From NCBI GenBank assembly GCA_934462705.1, contig CAKSIH010000003.1, positions 79,718-111,717 of the forward strand: a stretch of 32,000 bases of DNA, written 5' to 3'. The stretch is from an uncultured Eubacteriales bacterium. GTDB taxonomy: Bacteria; Bacillota; Clostridia; Oscillospirales; Acutalibacteraceae. A program made the translations under genes and the position numbers. Every line of letters starts with the position of its first letter. Within the stretch, counting starts at the first letter, position 1. Shown here one piece after another: positions 29,091 through 32,000 of this stretch. The notes beneath the pieces are model-generated. The model saw only the letters and a program-made list of their open reading frames with translations, searched no databases and was not told the DNA's origin.

Positions 29091-29675
29091 ATGAAAAAGT
29101 TTTTATCAGTATTTTTAGCACTGGCAATATTAATAGTGCCGGTGGGAACGATGTCAAGTTTTGCAAACGGAGAACAATATGGAGAGGTTGGCTTTAGTGA
29201 TTTATTAAGGACGGATACCATAGATCAAATTACAGTGCAGATTGGTACAGATCCAACTGGTGAGGTCATGTTTAGCGGGTTTTTAATCGGAGAAAGAGGT
29301 CGGATTCTGAAAATTTTTAAAATTCCGGACCAACGAGATATGCGCTTTATTGAACGTTTTGGATTTGTAAGTAAATTAAAAGAGTGGAAAAGAGGCAGTG
29401 CATGGGTTTTATTTGATTTTAAGGTAAATGGGAATATCGTAGCATATGCGCGATATTACGACTGTGAAGGAGAGTGTATTAAAGGCTGTAATTATAAGCG
29501 AGCTATTAAAAGTTATAAATGTATGTCATTTTATAGAATTGAAGACAGACTTGTTAGAGCCTGCAATTGTTTAATGAAGAGCGATGATGACGATGCTTTT
29601 CTAAGCGCTGAAGAAAGGCTTGCTGCAGCCTGCGATTGCTTAGTGGGTGATTGCGACATATCTTTTTTTAGGTGA
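29091..29675 (+). CDS. small secreted protein, paralog family copy 1 (with Cys-rich C-terminal extension)
   Basis: 194 aa. The signal peptide is MKKFLSVFLALAILIVPVGTMSSFA-NG. The RBS is AAAGGAGAG. Confidence 0.8.
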   Translation: MKKFLSVFLALAILIVPVGTMSSFANGEQYGEVGFSDLLRTDTIDQITVQIGTDPTGEVMFSGFLIGERGRILKIFKIPDQRDMRFIERFGFVSKLKEWKRGSAWVLFDFKVNGNIVAYARYYDCEGECIKGCNYKRAIKSYKCMSFYRIEDRLVRACNCLMKSDDDDAFLSAEERLAAACDCLVGDCDISFFR

Positions 29676-29748
29676 TGTTGCAACGAAGCTAGCAATGCAT
29701 AACATTAATATTTAATATTTTGAAAAATTTATCCAAGGGAGAATACAC

Positions 29749-30195
29749 ATGAAAAAATTTTTATCAATAATTTTAGCAATTGCAATGATAATATTACCGG
29801 TGGGAGCGATATCTTGTTTTGCAGATGGAGGAAATAATGATCAATCTGTTTTTGATGTACTGAGGGAATGTGAGATCGGTAAGACAAGGGCAGACATAGT
29901 TTTGCTAAATGATGGAAGATACTTTGCGCAGATGTCTTTCTTTGGGGAGGATGATCAATATCTTGGAGCGAAAGAAGCAAGCCAGGAGTCTTATAGGAGG
30001 GTTGGAAGGACTCTTATTGCACTTGGGATAGGGGAAAAAATTAGAGAATTGGGATGTAACAAGGCTCACGTTATATGTGAGAATTACGTTGGCGGTTGTT
30101 ACTCTATAATCATTAATTTTTATAACTATGAGGGGATAATCGTTAAAACCTTAAAAAAAGAAGGTTACAACAGAGAGATGGAACTTGGAATCTAA
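29749..30195 (+). CDS. small secreted protein, paralog family copy 2
   Basis: 148 aa. The signal peptide is MKKFLSIILAIAMIILPVGAISCFA-DG. The RBS is AAGGGAGA. Confidence 0.8.
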   Translation: MKKFLSIILAIAMIILPVGAISCFADGGNNDQSVFDVLRECEIGKTRADIVLLNDGRYFAQMSFFGEDDQYLGAKEASQESYRRVGRTLIALGIGEKIRELGCNKAHVICENYVGGCYSIIINFYNYEGIIVKTLKKEGYNREMELGI

Positions 30196-30265
30196 TTATT
30201 TCTGGGATCCGGTTAAATTACCCCCCAATAATTAATTTTAATAATTTTAATTAGGAGAGAATAGC

Positions 30266-30694
30266 ATGAAAAAATTTTTGTCAGTAATTTTAATGTTAAC
30301 AATGCTAATAGCGCCGGTGGGAGCGGCCTCAAATTTTACGGCCGGAGTATCAAAATATGATTTTGTTGATGATCTGAACAATGCGAATTTTGATATTATT
30401 TTTACGAAAATTAAGGTAAATGCAACCGGTGCTTATAATGCCAAAATTAGTATTTATGGAAGAGAGGACGAATTAATTACAGAAATTGTTTTTACTGAAG
30501 CAGATCATAATCTACTAATCGAAAATGTGTTGGAAGAATTTAACATATACCATGGAATGAGAAGTTTTGATACTCCTAAAGCTGAATTGCTGATCGAATC
30601 CATACAATCTGAAGGTACCGTTAGAGCAATTGCAAGATTTTTCAATGCAAATAATGAAGTCGTAAGAACTGTACCTTTTGGTATCGTTCTTTAG
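30266..30694 (+). CDS. small secreted protein, paralog family copy 3
   Basis: 142 aa. The signal peptide is MKKFLSVILMLTMLIAPVGAASNFTA-G. The RBS is TAGGAGAG. Confidence 0.8.
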   Translation: MKKFLSVILMLTMLIAPVGAASNFTAGVSKYDFVDDLNNANFDIIFTKIKVNATGAYNAKISIYGREDELITEIVFTEADHNLLIENVLEEFNIYHGMRSFDTPKAELLIESIQSEGTVRAIARFFNANNEVVRTVPFGIVL

Positions 30695-30876
30695 CGGTAA
30701 TTCTTATAAGCACGCGCAGGCAGGCCTGAGACAATATTTGCGGCTACATAAACGCGAAATAAAAATTTATTAACGACTTTGTAGGCTTTTAAATAATTAG
30801 TGAAATGACGGGTTAGCAATACTGGACGCTGTTTCGAGGCAATAAGAGGATCTAATTTTAATTTGGAGGAATATGT

Positions 30877-31302
30877 GTGAAAAGGCTTTTATCAATAATT
30901 TTGGCACTGGCAATGTTAATAGAGCCAGTGGGAGTAATTTTCTGCTTTGCAGCTGGCAGAACACCAGAAGAAGTTCATATGGACCTTATAAGACTTATGA
31001 ATGAGCAAGAATTGGGGAAGGTAAGAGTAATTGCTACTTTACTTATTGATGGAACAATGAACATACAAATTGCTTATTTTGACAGAGATGGAAGATTTAT
31101 AAAAAATGTTGATGTAAAAGAGGAAGACTATGAGGATTTAGAAAAAGAAATTCAAGGTGCTGAAGTTCTTGGAAAATTAAGAGGACTAAATTTAAGTGTA
31201 GCGCAAATTATATATGAAGTTTACGTTAAAGGTAATTCAGATGTAAATATATATTATTTAGACTCAATTGGCAGAATTAAATGCACTGAATACGAAAATT
31301 AA
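30877..31302 (+). CDS. small secreted protein, paralog family copy 4 (GTG start)
   Basis: 141 aa. The N-terminus is (M)KRLLSIILALAMLIEPVGVIFCFAA-G. The frame was chosen by homology to the other copies. GGAGGA lies upstream. Confidence 0.72.
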   Translation: MKRLLSIILALAMLIEPVGVIFCFAAGRTPEEVHMDLIRLMNEQELGKVRVIATLLIDGTMNIQIAYFDRDGRFIKNVDVKEEDYEDLEKEIQGAEVLGKLRGLNLSVAQIIYEVYVKGNSDVNIYYLDSIGRIKCTEYEN

Positions 31303-31319
31303 ATTTAAGGAGAATACGC

Positions 31320-31730
31320 ATGAAAAAGTTTTTATCAGCAGTTTTAGCATTGTCAATACTAATAATGCCGGTGGGGGTAATATCCAGCTTTGCTGATGGT
31401 ATTTTAGAAGGGGAACTTAGTCCCCTTATTAGATTCATAAAAGAACAGCAATCTGAAAAACTTAAAATAATTGCTACCATGTTTATTGATGGAACATTGG
31501 ATGTAGGAATAGTTTATCTTGGAAAAGATGGAAGATTTTTAGAAAATATCAGTGCAGATAGAGATCTTTATAGGAATTTTAGAAGAAGATTTGAATTTTT
31601 GGGAACTTTGAACAAAATGAGGCGGAACAGGTTAATTGCAACACAAATGGTATATGAGGTAGATGGCAAAGACTGTTTTATACGCACTTTTTATTTAGGT
31701 GCAGAAGGCCAATTTAAGAACATTTTGTAA
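31320..31730 (+). CDS. small secreted protein, paralog family copy 5
   Basis: 136 aa. The signal peptide is MKKFLSAVLALSILIMPVGVISSFA-DG. It starts 17 nt after the copy 4 stop. The RBS is AAGGAGAA. Confidence 0.8.
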   Translation: MKKFLSAVLALSILIMPVGVISSFADGILEGELSPLIRFIKEQQSEKLKIIATMFIDGTLDVGIVYLGKDGRFLENISADRDLYRNFRRRFEFLGTLNKMRRNRLIATQMVYEVDGKDCFIRTFYLGAEGQFKNIL

Positions 31731-31800
31731 ACACTTAAGTGTGTAGCTGTGAACAAAATTAAATGCAAACTTTAATAAAATTAGATTAAGGGGAATATAC

Positions 31801-32000
31801 ATGAAAAAATTTTTATCAGCACTATTAACATTGTCAATGCTGATAGTGCCGGTGGGGGCAATATCCAGCTTTGCTGATGATGGACAAGGCAGTACATTTA
31901 ACTTTGGTGAAGTAATGAAAGCCTGCAATATAGATATGATGCAGGTAATTGCTGATGTGAATAAAGATGGAAAATTTGTATTACATTCGCGTTGCTTTGC
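31801..32000 (+). CDS. small secreted protein, paralog family copy 6 (partial, runs off the right edge)
   Basis: Hand translation gives MKKFLSALLTLSMLIVPVGAISSFADDGQGSTFNFGEVMKACNIDMMQVIADVNKDGKFVLHSRCFA... The RBS is AAGGGGAA. It is not in the ORF track because it has no stop in the window. Confidence 0.75.
   Translation, partial: MKKFLSALLTLSMLIVPVGAISSFADDGQGSTFNFGEVMKACNIDMMQVIADVNKDGKFVLHSRCF

Noticed and set aside
29091-31881. Lipoprotein (lipobox) interpretation of the paralog signal peptides
   Set aside because: A Cys near the cleavage region occurs only in copies 2 and 4 (ISCFA, IFCFA) and is Ser or Asn in the others. There is no conserved L-x-x-C lipobox, so signal peptidase I cleavage after (S/C)-F-A is more consistent.
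28970-31928. Minus-strand ORFs 28970-29221, 31277-31480 and 31695-31928, which share a conserved motif (SAKLDI.PTG.I.I..AK..DKNFF)
   Set aside because: The apparent conservation is the antisense image of the conserved signal-peptide DNA of the plus-strand paralogs. They have no RBS and overlap intergenic promoter and leader regions.

Overview
This window is the replication-origin region of a low-GC Bacillota (Clostridia-like) chromosome, followed by a short accessory segment. Positions 1-9381 carry the minus-strand cluster parB, soj, noc-like, rsmG, mnmG, mnmE, jag, yidC, yidD, rnpA and rpmH. From 9686 the plus strand carries dnaA, dnaN, yaaA, recF, remB, a zinc-ribbon membrane ORF, gyrB, a membrane ORF and gyrA. 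These are followed by rpe, a lone minus-strand XRE regulator, rplM-rpsI, an anchor-less SdhA/SdhB-like pair, a YabE-like G5/3D cell-wall protein and class II fba. Gene orientation flips at the rpmH/dnaA spacer, as expected for oriC. Two perfect parS sites are present. The dnaA-dnaN spacer has a box pair, GC cluster, DnaA-trio-like repeats and an AT-rich tract, but the boxes read TTTTCAACA / ATTAACA rather than TTATCCACA. The most unusual part is 28.5-32 kb. It holds a tandem array of at least six paralogous small secreted proteins plus one decayed 5' remnant. These share a near-identical RBS and signal-peptide module at the nucleotide level (MKKFLS..L.....I.PVG.......) but have strongly diverged mature domains of about 110 aa that I cannot assign to a known family. 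The array continues past the right edge. I saw no rRNA, tRNA, CRISPR array, transposase or integrase. All coordinates and motif calls are from reading by eye, with no searches run.
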